DNA from: Candidatus Nomurabacteria bacterium
Lineage (GTDB): Bacteria; Patescibacteriota; Minisyncoccia; Phycocordibacterales; UBA2100
Direction: 5' to 3'
Assembly (NCBI GenBank): GCA_943356775.1
Contig: CALRFU010000005.1
Location: 11,671-75,670 of the forward strand
Length of the DNA: 64,000 bases
Position 1 is the first letter of the stretch. Every line of letters starts with the position of its first letter. Both the position numbers and the translations under genes were made by a program. Below the pieces are notes generated by a model. That model worked only from the letters and a program-made list of their open reading frames with translations, did not search any database and had not been told where the DNA came from. Positions 47,123 to 57,718 of this stretch are shown piece after piece.

Positions 47123-49171
47123 CTAAATGTCCAGGGTCGCTTCTTTCGCGTGTGACTGGATGAATGACTTGCGTGCAGGGACATCGGTACCCATGAGCAT
47201 ATCGAAGACCATGTCGGCCTCTTGAGCGTCTCCTATGTTCACCTGTAAGAGAATGCGGCGGGTAGGGTCCATAGTGGTCTCCCATAATTCATCTGAGTTC
47301 ATTTCTCCCAGACCTTTGTAGCGCTGGACGGATACTTTCGGAGATTTCTTCGCCTTTGTCTCCTCTTCGACTTCTTCGGTCTCCGGCTCTCCCTCCGGCT
47401 CTGCTTCCTCGAGCGGCATATCCTTGCCGACGAGCTTGATGCGTTCCTCATCGGAATATGCGTAATGCACTTCTTTGCCTTTGCGCACCTTGAAGAGCGG
47501 CGGCTGTGCGATGTAGAGGAATCCCCCGTCTATGACCGGGCGGAAGTGGCGGTACATGAGCGTGAGCAAAAGCGTGCGGATGTGTGCGCCGTCCACGTCG
47601 GCATCGGTCGCGATAATGATTTTGTGGTAGCGCAATTTCGTCACGTCGAAGATATCGCCTATTGCGGTACCGAGCGCCACTACCAGGTTGCGAATTTGTT
47701 CTGAAGCGAGCATTTTGTCGATGCGTGCGCGTTCGATGTTGAGTATTTTGCCGCGCAAAGGAAGGATTGCCTGGATGCGGCGGTCGCGGCCCATTTTTGC
47801 AGTACCACCCGCCGAATCTCCTTCCACAATGAAGAGCTCTGATTCTGAAGCGTCTTTTGTCTGACAGTCGGCGAGCTTCCCCGGAAGCGTCATGCCGTCG
47901 AGCGCCCCCTTACGCATGATGCTGTCTTTGGCGGCTTTTGCGGCCTTACGCGCCTTCATCGCGAGCGTAATCTTGCCGAATATGGCACGTGCCTCTTCAG
48001 GGTGTTCTTCAAGGAACATGCTGAACGCCTCACCGAAGACGGTCTCGGTAGCGCCACGCGCCTCGACGCTTCCCAACTTACCCTTGGTCTGACCTTCGAA
48101 TTGAATCTCGCGCAATTTTACCGACACCACAGCCGTGAGGCCTTCGAGTGCATCATCGCCCGTAAAGCTGTCGCTCTCTTTGCCGCCGCCGTTCTTGGCA
48201 TTGAGCGTGCGTGTGAGCGCGGTCTTGAATCCTGTGATGTGCGTGCCGCCTTCGGCGTTGTAAATGTTGTTTGCAAACGCGGATATGCGTGAAGTGATGT
48301 CGTCGACATACTGCAGTGCGATTTCAACTTGTACGCCGTCCTGCTCTTTCTCTACGTAAAAGACGGTCTTGTGTACTGCTTCAAGGTGATGATTTTGGAA
48401 CGAAACGAGACTCCGCAAACCGCCCTCGAAGTAGAAGGTGACCGACGGGGCATCAATCCCGAGTTCGCGCAGATAATACACATCTTCGTCTTTGACCTTT
48501 TCGGCGTTCCGCAAGTCAAGTATTGAAATACGCAGACCCTTTACTAGGTAGGCCTGTTGGCGCATGTGCGCCACAATCGTGTCCCAGTTCAGGACGCGGT
48601 CGGGAAATATCGTTGCGTCCGGTTCGAAAGTGATAATCGTACCGTGCATTTTGGATGTTCCGATTTTCTTGATTTTGCTTACGGGCTTACCGATTTTGTA
48701 CTCCTGTACGTACTGTCCGCCGTCACGATGCACTTCCGCGCGCATGTATGTCGAGAGTGCGTTCACGACCGCGGCACCGACTCCGTGCAAACCTCCGGAC
48801 ACTTTGTAGCCTTCGCCGCCAAACTTTCCTCCGGCGTGCAGTATGGTGAGTACGGTTTCAAGAGTTGAGACCTTTGTCTTGGGGTGCACTTCGACGGGGA
48901 TACCACGACCGTTGTCGGCGACGCGCACGCGATTGTCGGGCAAGAGCGCTATCTCAATGTCATTGGCGAAGTCGCCCATGGCCTCGTCGCGCGAGTTATC
49001 GAAGATTTCCCAGACAAGATGGTGGAGGCCCGCGGTACCGGTGGTGCCGATGTACATGCCCGGCCTCCGGCGTACCGCCTCCAAACCTTCGAGGACGGTA
49101 ATGTCAGAGGCTCCGTAGGAGCCTTGTTTTGTCGCCTTTTCAGGGGCTGCTTTTGCCTTCTTTTCAGCCAT
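47123..49171 (-). CDS. gyrB: DNA gyrase subunit B
   Basis: GHKL ATPase (HAGGKFGGEGYKVSGGLHGVGAAVVNALS), TOPRIM (LFIVEGDSAGG), C-terminal tail. Confidence 0.95.
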   Translation of the reverse strand: MAEKKAKAAPEKATKQGSYGASDITVLEGLEAVRRRPGMYIGTTGTAGLHHLVWEIFDNSRDEAMGDFANDIEIALLPDNRVRVADNGRGIPVEVHPKTKVSTLETVLTILHAGGKFGGEGYKVSGGLHGVGAAVVNALSTYMRAEVHRDGGQYVQEYKIGKPVSKIKKIGTSKMHGTIITFEPDATIFPDRVLNWDTIVAHMRQQAYLVKGLRISILDLRNAEKVKDEDVYYLRELGIDAPSVTFYFEGGLRSLVSFQNHHLEAVHKTVFYVEKEQDGVQVEIALQYVDDITSRISAFANNIYNAEGGTHITGFKTALTRTLNAKNGGGKESDSFTGDDALEGLTAVVSVKLREIQFEGQTKGKLGSVEARGATETVFGEAFSMFLEEHPEEARAIFGKITLAMKARKAAKAAKDSIMRKGALDGMTLPGKLADCQTKDASESELFIVEGDSAGGTAKMGRDRRIQAILPLRGKILNIERARIDKMLASEQIRNLVVALGTAIGDIFDVTKLRYHKIIIATDADVDGAHIRTLLLTLMYRHFRPVIDGGFLYIAQPPLFKVRKGKEVHYAYSDEERIKLVGKDMPLEEAEPEGEPETEEVEEETKAKKSPKVSVQRYKGLGEMNSDELWETTMDPTRRILLQVNIGDAQEADMVFDMLMGTDVPARKSFIQSHAKEATLDI

Positions 49172-49243
49172 ATGTAGTCCTTTGAGTATACCCGAAAATC
49201 ACCGCATTGGGAAGCGGAATTTGGGGAAAAATGCGGCTCTATA

Positions 49244-51043
49244 TCAACGTATTTCGAAACCTTTGCCCTTGAGAAACAGAGAGACCTTTTCCATCACTTT
49301 ATTTGCTTCCTCATCAGTAAGTGTTTTCTCAAATGACTGAAATACGAGCCGGAATGCGAGTGATACTTTCTCACCTTTTTCAAATCGGTCGAAGAGTTCG
49401 CTGCGTACCAGAAGCTCTTTATCCTGAGCAGAGTCGAAGGACCCCGCTTCCTTCCGGATAACTTGCAAGAGATCTTCGGCATCTGTCCCCACCGGTGTCC
49501 ACAGGGCAATATCACGTACGATGAACGGATAGCGCGAGAACGGCTGGTAACGTTCGGTACCCGAGATTGGTAAATCCTCATATGCAGGAGACTCGATTGA
49601 TTCAAGCGGGACTTCTTTCACTCCGCCCTTATCGGCAGTGCCGAGCATAATTTCCTCCTTTCCTCCGCGCCACACGGTGCCGATTTCAAACACATTAACT
49701 TCCTTGAGGCCGAGCAGATCCTTGTTGCGGGAATTTTTCTCCAGGGCATCTTTGAGGCCGTCGGTAAGATTCGCACGAAGGTATGGACGTACACCGTCAA
49801 CTTTGTTTGCGACAAGACGCTCCCCTTTCTCAGCAAAAACACTCGTGAAGACTTCGGAATATCCCTTCGAAGTTAGATCCGCTCGTACTTGCTCGCTCGC
49901 ATAAAAATTGCCATTAATTTGGGGCTTTTGAGGAAACGTGACGAGCTCAGTCGCGGGTATCTTGTCGTACCCCACGATACGCGCCACTTCTTCGACGATA
50001 TCCTCAGGAATGACGAGGTCGAGTCGTTCGAACGATGGGGCGACGGTAAAAACTTCGCCCTCCTGCATGCGTGAGAGGTCAAGACGTTTGAACACGTCGG
50101 CAATATCAGCGGCACCAAGTTTTGTTCCGAGAGTGTCATTAATCTGTTGGAGCGAAACGACCACATGCCTCTGAGTCGACTGACGGGCGCGGGTAATCCC
50201 GTACTCAACAATCTCTCCGCCTGCGACGGAGCGAACGAGTTCTGTGACCGCATAGATACCATATACAGAGAGCTCGTCGGGCATTTCGTTCTCGAACCGT
50301 TTTGCCGCTTCGGTGCGCTGATTGAATCGTTGTGCCGCTTTGCGTGTCTGGGTTGGCTCGAATTTGCTGGCGGAAAGAAGTATTTCGGTCGTATCCCCTG
50401 CTAGCTCTGCACGCATTCCGCCTTTCACTCCGCCGATATCTACCGCTTCACCCGAGGCATTCATGATGACGGCTTCTTCACCCGTAAGCTCGACTGACGC
50501 GCCGCCGAGAAGTGCCAATTGTTCGCCTTTTTTGGAGCATCGTATCCCATACCGAACCACGCCCCCCTCTTTGAACGTTTCCGCTGCAAACGCATGTGTC
50601 GGCATTCCAATGTCGAACATGACGTAGTTCGTCGCATCGACGACGTTGTTGATGGAACGTTGCCCCACAGATTCGAGACGCGCTTTGAGCCATTCTGGGC
50701 TTGGTCCGATTTTGACACCTGTCATATAGGCAGCCGCCCCCACAGGAGCTCGGCCTACATCTTCTACAATCACACTCAATTTCGAACCTAGGGGGGTATT
50801 GGGAAGCTGCGTGCGCAAAGGATCATGCTTCATCGGTATGTCTAAAATAGCAGACAGCTCTTTTGCGATACCGCGATGCGAGAGACAATCGTGCCCGCGA
50901 TTCGGCGTGACTTTTACATCAAGAACTTCTCCTTCTATGCTTTCTATCTCGAACGCGTGGAATGTAAGCGTGTCCCCGAGCACCGCCGCATCCGGTAGCG
51001 GTGCAACAAAATATGTCTGGAGCCATTCGCGTGAGATTTTCAT
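49244..51043 (-). CDS. pheT: Phenylalanyl-tRNA synthetase beta subunit (compact form)
   Basis: 599 aa; B3/B4 and B5 domains recognisable; immediately downstream of pheS. Confidence 0.85.
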   Translation of the reverse strand: MKISREWLQTYFVAPLPDAAVLGDTLTFHAFEIESIEGEVLDVKVTPNRGHDCLSHRGIAKELSAILDIPMKHDPLRTQLPNTPLGSKLSVIVEDVGRAPVGAAAYMTGVKIGPSPEWLKARLESVGQRSINNVVDATNYVMFDIGMPTHAFAAETFKEGGVVRYGIRCSKKGEQLALLGGASVELTGEEAVIMNASGEAVDIGGVKGGMRAELAGDTTEILLSASKFEPTQTRKAAQRFNQRTEAAKRFENEMPDELSVYGIYAVTELVRSVAGGEIVEYGITRARQSTQRHVVVSLQQINDTLGTKLGAADIADVFKRLDLSRMQEGEVFTVAPSFERLDLVIPEDIVEEVARIVGYDKIPATELVTFPQKPQINGNFYASEQVRADLTSKGYSEVFTSVFAEKGERLVANKVDGVRPYLRANLTDGLKDALEKNSRNKDLLGLKEVNVFEIGTVWRGGKEEIMLGTADKGGVKEVPLESIESPAYEDLPISGTERYQPFSRYPFIVRDIALWTPVGTDAEDLLQVIRKEAGSFDSAQDKELLVRSELFDRFEKGEKVSLAFRLVFQSFEKTLTDEEANKVMEKVSLFLKGKGFEIR

Positions 51044-51044
51044 A

Positions 51045-51776
51045 TCAGAATTGATTGATGAATCTCAAATCCGCCGAGTGCATGAGACGAATGTCGTCGA
51101 TACTCCAGCGTAGAATCGCAAGTCGATCCAATCCCATGCCGAAGGCAAAACCGCGATATTTCGAAGGGTCCACTCCCGCGTTTTTCAATACATTCGGATG
51201 AACCATTCCCGCTCCCATCATTTCTACCCAGCGACCTTGCAACTTCTCTGGCACATTTTTGCCTGTAAGCCGCATATCCACTTCAAGCCCCGGTTCGACG
51301 AACGGGAAAAAGCTCGGACGGTATCTGGTTTCGACCTCGATACCATCGAACAATTTTTGTAGGAAATGATTGATGCTCCATTTCATGTGCCCGAGTGTTG
51401 TATCGTCTGATACGACCAACCCTTCGATTTGGAAAAACTCGGCCTCATGCGTCATGTCTGTTGCCTCGTTGCGAAAAACTTTACCCGGCACGATGACGCG
51501 ATATGGCGGAAGAATTCCCTTCTTCATTTGCGCCTCCATGTAGCGGACTTGCACAGGAGAGGTATGCGTGCGAAGCACCATTCCTGGTTCATCCTTGATA
51601 AAAAAGGTGTCCTGCATGTCTCTAGCGGGATGGTCCTTCGGCACATTCAGCGCGTCGAAGTTGTACCATTCGGTCTCAAGAAGTGGACCTTCGGCGAAGG
51701 TGAATCCCATATCGAAAAAGATCCGGTTGGCCTCGCGAATAAGGGATGAGATTGGATGAATGCTCCCAGGCTTCAT
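51045..51776 (-). CDS. pheS: Phenylalanyl-tRNA synthetase alpha subunit (very compact, 243 aa)
   Basis: Class II motifs (FDALNVPKDHPARDMQDTFF, HTSPVQVRYM, FRNEATDMTHEAEFFQIEG, GAGMVHPNVL). Confidence 0.88.
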   Translation of the reverse strand: MKPGSIHPISSLIREANRIFFDMGFTFAEGPLLETEWYNFDALNVPKDHPARDMQDTFFIKDEPGMVLRTHTSPVQVRYMEAQMKKGILPPYRVIVPGKVFRNEATDMTHEAEFFQIEGLVVSDDTTLGHMKWSINHFLQKLFDGIEVETRYRPSFFPFVEPGLEVDMRLTGKNVPEKLQGRWVEMMGAGMVHPNVLKNAGVDPSKYRGFAFGMGLDRLAILRWSIDDIRLMHSADLRFINQF

Positions 51777-51790
51777 AGCCGCTCAGTATA

Positions 51791-52642
51791 CTAGAGTCCT
51801 GTTATCTCGTAGAGTGCGGTGCCGTCCTTCACGATGAGGTGCCCGCCGACGATACGGAAATCCGCTCCGCGCACGGGATAGAGCTGTATCGAGAGCGGCT
51901 CGGGACGGATATCTATCTCTTCGAGAAAAACTCCTCCCTCTTTAGTCGTATACACGACACCGCCGCCGAAAAATTCCGCACTAATTGTATTCTGCTTCCC
52001 GCTCTCAATGAGGATTTCAGTACTACAGGTAGACGGTCCACGACAAAAGCGGCTCGGAGGAAGAACGCCTGCGTCTGTCCAGAGCACTGAGACATTTCCC
52101 TTCTGGATCGCGATGACCTCGTTCGTCGGCTTGTGAAGCGGCTCGGTCGGTGTCGAAGTTGCGCTCGACGGCAGGAATGCCTTTTTATAGGACTCATAGG
52201 TGAGGTGCGGGGTCGCCTTCGTCGATGTTGCAATCGTCGAGGAAGCTACCTTGGCGACATCCACTAGCCGTACAGAGGTAATCTCAAGTGGTACGAGAAA
52301 CGCTTGCGCGTCTGTGACAAGCTCTGGTTCAACGACGAGCGTACGGTGCCACGGATGTTCTCCCTCGCGCGTCACAAGTACCTGATACTGGCCCGGCGCC
52401 AGATTGTCTACATAAAAATTGTGTCGAAGGAAACCGGATGTCCCGATTTCTGCGCCATTGAGGGAGAGGAGCGCATCGCTTTTTGAAATGGAGATAATGA
52501 TGCTCCCCGTACGCACAAACCCTACTCCACTCTTAAATCGGTAACCATTGGCGTAGAACATCACGACGGGAAGACACAGAACGAACACCGTAACGAGCCC
52601 GTAGAGATAGAGACGGCGACGGCGTTTAGACAATGGTTGCAT
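51791..52642 (-). CDS. Membrane-anchored hypothetical protein, possible PEGA-like beta domain
   Basis: N-terminal TM (LYLYGLVTVFVLCLPVVMFYA). NGAEIGTSG...LAPGQYQVLVTREGEHPWHRTLVV resembles PEGA domains. Confidence 0.45.
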   Translation of the reverse strand: MQPLSKRRRRLYLYGLVTVFVLCLPVVMFYANGYRFKSGVGFVRTGSIIISISKSDALLSLNGAEIGTSGFLRHNFYVDNLAPGQYQVLVTREGEHPWHRTLVVEPELVTDAQAFLVPLEITSVRLVDVAKVASSTIATSTKATPHLTYESYKKAFLPSSATSTPTEPLHKPTNEVIAIQKGNVSVLWTDAGVLPPSRFCRGPSTCSTEILIESGKQNTISAEFFGGGVVYTTKEGGVFLEEIDIRPEPLSIQLYPVRGADFRIVGGHLIVKDGTALYEITGL

Positions 52643-52686
52643 GCGGAACAGTATACTCCCAAGACGGCGGGTACTAAAAAGTGGTC

Positions 52687-54243
52687 CTACTGACTTTTCG
52701 GCGCACTCAACTTACGCGATTTTGGAGTCACCCAAAAGCCCAAGTAGCGACCGAACATCAAGCGCATTTGCGCATCGAGACCCGGTATCGCACTGAAGAT
52801 GACCATGGTCATAGGGACCAGTATCCACTGGAGGAAGTGCATGAGGCTGTGGAACCGGGTCTTTTCATTTGGGCGCTCGGGCACCAGCCGCATAGCTATG
52901 GCCGCGGACACAAGAAGTCCGAAAAGGGATGCGGTGAGAAACCCCTTTGCGACAAGCGGCAGATTATATGAGAGAACGGTCGCATTGAACGCGCGGCCGC
53001 CCACGATAAGCGGCAACCAGCCCACAGCGAAGAGCACGAGCGGGTTCGTCGTCAGTGACCAGAAGCCTTCAATCTGCACAAACGCCGCGCGTACCTTTTT
53101 GCCGAATGGTATCCGGGGGTTCTTGATAAATGCAAAAAGAATGTAAGGGATATTTTCGGCTCCGTACGTCCACCGGCGGTGTTGGAGGTAAATATTTTTC
53201 GCGGTACCCCAGAAATTCGATGCGACGTTGGCATCCATAGAAACAGGGTACGCCATCGGTACAACGTCGTAGTCGCCATCGTAGCGGACGAAGAGATTCC
53301 AAAAGATACGGGAGTCCTCGGATACAACATTTTTCTGCCAATACCCGACTTCCCGCAAAGGCTTGAACGGTATCGCGTGAGAAGAGAAGGTCGCAAGGCG
53401 CTCGGGACGCTCCTGTTGAATCATCTGCCAGAAGGAGCTCGAATACGCAATAACGCGCGAGAGCATGGGTGCATCCCAGATGTTGTTGTTGTAAAGCGGT
53501 ATGGGCTGGAACGAGGTGCGCCCCGGCCGCTCCGACGTCAAGAAATGCCACGTGAGGCACCCGAAGTATTGCGGATAGACGACCGTGTCGATATCGAACG
53601 CGGAAACGATGGTTCTTTCGTACGGAATATTGTGTGCATCGAGTATCCGTGTGCGGGCTTCTTCAGCGGCGTATGAAATGTTGGAGCCTTTGCCGGGTAT
53701 TTCTCCGGGGAGGTTGGCGGGATGTTCGGTCACAATAAAAGCTCCGAAGTGACTTCCGAAATCAGCCGCGATGCGGTCCGCGACGGCACGCTGCGCCTTC
53801 CCGGCCCGTTCTTCTGCGGCGATGACAACGGCAATGCGCTTGTGGTCGTATTTTGACGCAAGCAGACCTTTTACACTCTCTGCGACCACTTCGTATCCTT
53901 CTGTATAGAAAGGAAAGATGACGAGATGGGTGATGTCTTGGTGGGAAAGATTTTTGAGACGGTCATTCCAGTCGATGCTCAAATTATGTTGTACGCGCTT
54001 AAAGTTGTGCCGCAAATGCGCCGACAAGTAGACGGTTTTGAGAAGCCAATAAACAGAGAAGATAATCGTGAGGTACGCCGCCCACACAGGCTTCTTGAAA
54101 GACAGGATGATGAACAAGAGGAGCGTGGCAAGTGAGAGAATCCCCGGCAACATCTCGAAAAGCCTGTAGATGACGCGGTCGCGCCCCGTAAGGTCGCTTG
54201 CCCGTCCGACGTGTAAATACCAGTATGTGTCTTTTGGATCCAT
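52687..54243 (-). CDS. Processive family-2 glycosyltransferase (cellulose/chitin-synthase-like), integral membrane
   Basis: N-terminal TM helices; DxD region (SAFDIDTVV); Q-x-x-R-W motif (LQHRRWTYG); C-terminal TM bundle. Confidence 0.7.
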   Translation of the reverse strand: MDPKDTYWYLHVGRASDLTGRDRVIYRLFEMLPGILSLATLLLFIILSFKKPVWAAYLTIIFSVYWLLKTVYLSAHLRHNFKRVQHNLSIDWNDRLKNLSHQDITHLVIFPFYTEGYEVVAESVKGLLASKYDHKRIAVVIAAEERAGKAQRAVADRIAADFGSHFGAFIVTEHPANLPGEIPGKGSNISYAAEEARTRILDAHNIPYERTIVSAFDIDTVVYPQYFGCLTWHFLTSERPGRTSFQPIPLYNNNIWDAPMLSRVIAYSSSFWQMIQQERPERLATFSSHAIPFKPLREVGYWQKNVVSEDSRIFWNLFVRYDGDYDVVPMAYPVSMDANVASNFWGTAKNIYLQHRRWTYGAENIPYILFAFIKNPRIPFGKKVRAAFVQIEGFWSLTTNPLVLFAVGWLPLIVGGRAFNATVLSYNLPLVAKGFLTASLFGLLVSAAIAMRLVPERPNEKTRFHSLMHFLQWILVPMTMVIFSAIPGLDAQMRLMFGRYLGFWVTPKSRKLSAPKSQ

Positions 54244-54274
54244 GGTTATAAGTGTGTATCGAGGGTTACACTTG

Positions 54275-54347
54275 AGCCGCTTCCCAGATTCGAACTGGGG
54301 ACCTTCTCTTTACAAAAGAGTTGCTCTACCAACTGAGCTAAAGCGGC
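54275..54347 (-). tRNA. tRNA-Thr (anticodon UGU)
   Basis: Hand-folded cloverleaf: acceptor GCCGCTT/AAGCGGC, D-arm GCTC-AGTTGGTA-GAGC, anticodon arm ACTCT-TTTGTAA-AGAGA (U33, anticodon TGT), T-arm CCCAG-TTCGAAT-CTGGG. CCA not encoded. Confidence 0.8.
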
Positions 54348-54405
54348 TTCGTGAGGAACAACGTGAGAATATCAGATATTCCCGCTTTTTACGAATGATA
54401 CGAAC

Positions 54406-54813
54406 TTACTGTTCCGTGGTGGAGTCACCGGAGTCATCCACACCCCCGCTCTTGTGCTCCGCTACCTTCTTTAGAAATTCCGAGCGCGTATCCCGCTTCT
54501 CAAAACGGTGCTTGTAAGACACGAGGTCCGCGACCTGATGCGCATACCTCTCGGCCTTACGCGCGAAAGCGGCAAATCCGAGGGCAAACTGGTGAATGCC
54601 GATGCGCGACAAACGGACTGCTCCGGGGGGAATCTTCGAGAGGTCCAAGCGCGCGGCATCAAGCAATTCTTTGATCTGAAGAGCGCGGACATCAGCCTTC
54701 TGTCGCAGCACGGGAAAGAAGACGCGCTCTCGGCGTATTTCCCAGCTCTTGAGAGCAAACAGGAGGATGATGGACAGGAGTGAAATAGAAAAGACGGCAA
54801 TTGCAAGCGTCAT
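54406..54813 (-). CDS. Small membrane-anchored hypothetical protein
   Basis: 135 aa; N-terminal TM (LAIAVFSISLLSIILLFAL), charged C-terminus. Confidence 0.45.
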   Translation of the reverse strand: MTLAIAVFSISLLSIILLFALKSWEIRRERVFFPVLRQKADVRALQIKELLDAARLDLSKIPPGAVRLSRIGIHQFALGFAAFARKAERYAHQVADLVSYKHRFEKRDTRSEFLKKVAEHKSGGVDDSGDSTTEQ

Positions 54814-54819
54814 ACTATG

Positions 54820-55401
54820 CTATTTGACGGAAAGCCGTTCAAAACGCACAACGACTATTTTCTCACCAAACTTTTGCACCGCGGAATCAATGAGTCCCCC
54901 CACGGTAATGCTTGAGTCTTTTACAAACGGCTGCTCGAGAAGCACGCGGTCGCGCAAATAGCTGTCCACCTTCCCCTCAATGGCCTTTGCGCGTGCCGCT
55001 TCTGGAACCTTGGCGGCCTCTTCTGCGAATACCTCACGTGCCGCTTTCAAATCAGCGTCTTTGATGTCATCGCGCGAGGTGAATTGCGGACCCATCGCGG
55101 CAACATGCATTGCGATACCGTAGGCAAGTTTAGAAAATTCCTCGTTCTTTGAGACGAAGTCGGTCTCGCAGCCAAGCACCACCGCACCCACAACCGTTCC
55201 TCCCGCATGGATGTACGCCGCAGCGACACCTGCCCCGAGTGCTCTGTCTGACTTCTTCGCAGCGATGACTGAGCTTATTTTGCGTAGAATGACCTTTGCC
55301 TTCTCGATGTCGCCGCCGGCTTCTTCCAAGGCTTTCTTACACTGCATAATAGCGACACCTGTCTGGTCGCGAAGCTCTTTTATTTCTTCAGTAGTTACCA
55401 T
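54820..55401 (-). CDS. tsf: Elongation factor Ts (compact 193 aa)
   Basis: N-terminal UBA-like EF-Ts motif ELRDQTGVAIMQCKKALEEAGGDIEKA; downstream of rpsB. Confidence 0.9.
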   Translation of the reverse strand: MVTTEEIKELRDQTGVAIMQCKKALEEAGGDIEKAKVILRKISSVIAAKKSDRALGAGVAAAYIHAGGTVVGAVVLGCETDFVSKNEEFSKLAYGIAMHVAAMGPQFTSRDDIKDADLKAAREVFAEEAAKVPEAARAKAIEGKVDSYLRDRVLLEQPFVKDSSITVGGLIDSAVQKFGEKIVVVRFERLSVK

Positions 55402-55446
55402 ATGAAAAATTTCTCTCTCAGTATAACGTATAAACTCATCCGAGGG

Positions 55447-56181
55447 TTACTTCCCTTCCGCTGTCTTTGCGTTTGCCGGAGCGCTCTTCGCCGCAGCGGC
55501 TGCTGATTTGCCCTCGGCGTAGCCCTCTCCTATCGCGTTTGTGACGAGCGCAATCGAACGCACAGACGTGTCATTTCCCGGAACCGGGTACTGTGTGAGC
55601 GAGAAATCGCAATCAGAGCTGGAGAGTCCGATAACGGGAATCTTGAGCTGGTTGGCTTCCAATACCGCGGTTTTCTCGTGACGCGTATCGACGATGAAAA
55701 GGGCGGCGGGAAGGTCGGTCATTTTTACGAGACCGCCGAAACGCCCGAGGAGTTCGGTTATTTCGCGGTCAATCATAAGACGCTCGCGCTTTGTGTACTT
55801 CTCGAGTGCGCCGCTCGCCCGCTCGCTCATGAGCTGCTCGAGACGGTCGATTCGCTTTCGGATGTTCTTGAAATTGGTGAGCGTGCCCCCGATCCAGCGT
55901 CCCGCGACGTACGGAGCCCCTACGCGCTCCGCGACATCTTTCACAATGCCAGTAGCCTCGTGCTTACCGCCGATGAAAACAACCTGCTTACCGGCCGCCA
56001 CAATGGACGTAACGAACGCGCAGGCCGCGTCGAGCCGTTTGGTCGTCTCCTCAAGGTCAAAAATATCAGTGCGGTCTTTTGTGCCGAAAAGAAACGGCGA
56101 AGCTGTCGGGTGCCGGCGCGCGCGGACGTAGCCGAAATGCGCACCTGCCTCAAAAAGCGTCTTAATATCAGATATTGTCAT
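55447..56181 (-). CDS. rpsB: 30S ribosomal protein S2
   Basis: LFEAGAHFGY...VVFIGGKHE...VAGRWIGGTLTNF signature. Confidence 0.93.
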   Translation of the reverse strand: MTISDIKTLFEAGAHFGYVRARRHPTASPFLFGTKDRTDIFDLEETTKRLDAACAFVTSIVAAGKQVVFIGGKHEATGIVKDVAERVGAPYVAGRWIGGTLTNFKNIRKRIDRLEQLMSERASGALEKYTKRERLMIDREITELLGRFGGLVKMTDLPAALFIVDTRHEKTAVLEANQLKIPVIGLSSSDCDFSLTQYPVPGNDTSVRSIALVTNAIGEGYAEGKSAAAAAKSAPANAKTAEGK

Positions 56182-56301
56182 GTGCGGGAGATACTAACAA
56201 AACGGAGCCCCACAAGCAAGCTTGTGGGGCGGAGTCCCGTACCAAAATCAGGGAACGAGGAAAGTCTCCTCAAGATAAAGGGTGAGATTTTTGGTGTGGG
56301 A

Positions 56302-57282
56302 TTAGGCTGCAACACTCTCTCCTTTTTCCGCCTTCTCAAGCGCCTGGAGAATCGGCTCGATACCCCCGGCCATAATCTTCGGTACGTTGGACCACGATTC
56401 CTTGATGCGGTGGTCGGTCACGCGGTCTTGAGGAAAATTGTAGGTACGTATCTTCTCGGAGCGGTCGCCGGTCCCGACTTGCGCCTTGCGATCCGCCGCT
56501 CGCTCGCGTGCCTCACGCTCATCCTGCTTCTGTTGAATACGGCTTATCAGCAATGTCATCGCCTTCTCCTTGTTCTGCGCCTGTGAGCGCTCGGATGTAC
56601 ATTTCACGTCGATGCCCGTCGGCAAGTGGACGATGCGGACGGCGGTCTCTACCTTGTTGACGTTTTGCCCGCCGGCGCCGCCCGAGCGCGACGTCTCTAC
56701 CTCAAGGTCGGACGGATTTATTACAATCTTGGTGCGTTTGTATATCGGAAGAATCGCGACAGAAGCAGTCGACGTGTGGGTGCGTCCGGCCTTCTCTGTA
56801 GCCGGAACACGTTGCACGCGGTGTACGCCCGTTTCGTATTGTAGTGTGCGATAGACATCTCTCCCTTTTATTTCAAACTGCGCCTCCTTGTACCCGCCCA
56901 GGCTGCTGCGCGATTCGTCGAGAGCCTTTGAATTCCATCCCCTGGTCTCCGCATATTTCAAATACATTGCGGCGAGCTCTTCTGCAAAGAGTGCGGCTTC
57001 GTCACCGCCGACTCCGGCACGCACTTCGACGACTACCTCATTCGGCCATTCGCGCTCGTTGTCACCTCCGACGATAGACTCTATCTGACCCATCAGAACG
57101 CTTTTTTGGCTTTCAATATCACTAAGCTCTTTCTCCGCAAGCTCTTTCATTGCGGGGTCCACCTCAATCAACTCCTCCGCATCTTTTTCCGCTTGTGAAA
57201 GACGGTTCCATTCGGTAATAAGGAAAGAGACGCGATTATCGTCCGCGTATTCCTCAAGATTTATTTTCTTTTTTTCCGCCAT
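56302..57282 (-). CDS. prfA: Peptide chain release factor 1
   Basis: GGQ motif ([24 protein letters not shown]). RF1-type tripeptide-anticodon region RVQRVPATE...RTHTS (PAT rather than the RF2 SPF). Confidence 0.9.
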   Translation of the reverse strand: MAEKKKINLEEYADDNRVSFLITEWNRLSQAEKDAEELIEVDPAMKELAEKELSDIESQKSVLMGQIESIVGGDNEREWPNEVVVEVRAGVGGDEAALFAEELAAMYLKYAETRGWNSKALDESRSSLGGYKEAQFEIKGRDVYRTLQYETGVHRVQRVPATEKAGRTHTSTASVAILPIYKRTKIVINPSDLEVETSRSGGAGGQNVNKVETAVRIVHLPTGIDVKCTSERSQAQNKEKAMTLLISRIQQKQDEREARERAADRKAQVGTGDRSEKIRTYNFPQDRVTDHRIKESWSNVPKIMAGGIEPILQALEKAEKGESVAA

Positions 57283-57299
57283 AGCGTAAGTATAACGCC

Positions 57300-57328
57300 G
57301 AGCCCCGCTTATGCGGGGCTCGGTCGTA
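57300..57328 (-). terminator. Hairpin terminator after rpmE
   Basis: ccgagccccgc-ttat-gcggggctcgg, an 11-bp GC-rich stem between rpmE and prfA. Confidence 0.5.
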
Positions 57329-57336
57329 GAGTAACG

Positions 57337-57606
57337 TTATTTCTTTGTATTTTTTACCTTCGTGGAAGCTGCGCGTTTCTTGAATTTGTCGACGCGCCCT
57401 GCGGTGTCGATGGTCTTGGCAGTACCCGTGTAAAAAGGGTGTGATGCGCTTGAGATTTCAACCTGGAAGACAGGGTACTCTTTACCGTCGTCCCACTTGT
57501 CGGTCTTATGCGTATCTATCGTAGAACCAATCAAAAAACGCTTCCCCGAGGTCGAATCCTCGAAGATAACCTGTCGGTATGAGTCCGGATGAATGTCTTT
57601 TTTCAT
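57337..57606 (-). CDS. rpmE: 50S ribosomal protein L31 (type B, no Cys zinc ribbon)
   Basis: [29 protein letters not shown]...HPFYTG; the internal Met of the longer ORF is taken as the start. Confidence 0.85.
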   Translation of the reverse strand: MKKDIHPDSYRQVIFEDSTSGKRFLIGSTIDTHKTDKWDDGKEYPVFQVEISSASHPFYTGTAKTIDTAGRVDKFKKRAASTKVKNTKK

Positions 57607-57718
57607 AGCGATGCAACAATACCTCAAACCGAGCCGAAATACAAGCTCCCTGTTTGTCCAAGAGCGAAGCGATTGGTTACAAACAGCAGTCCCCTTGGGG
57701 GGAGATTTTCCTCTATTA

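Noticed and set aside
57285-57299. Half-site ACTTACGCTA of the TACGCTATAGCGTA palindrome immediately upstream of the prfA start codon
   Set aside because: Only a 10-nt half-site, which chance could explain. Noted in case a genome-wide regulon search gives it meaning.
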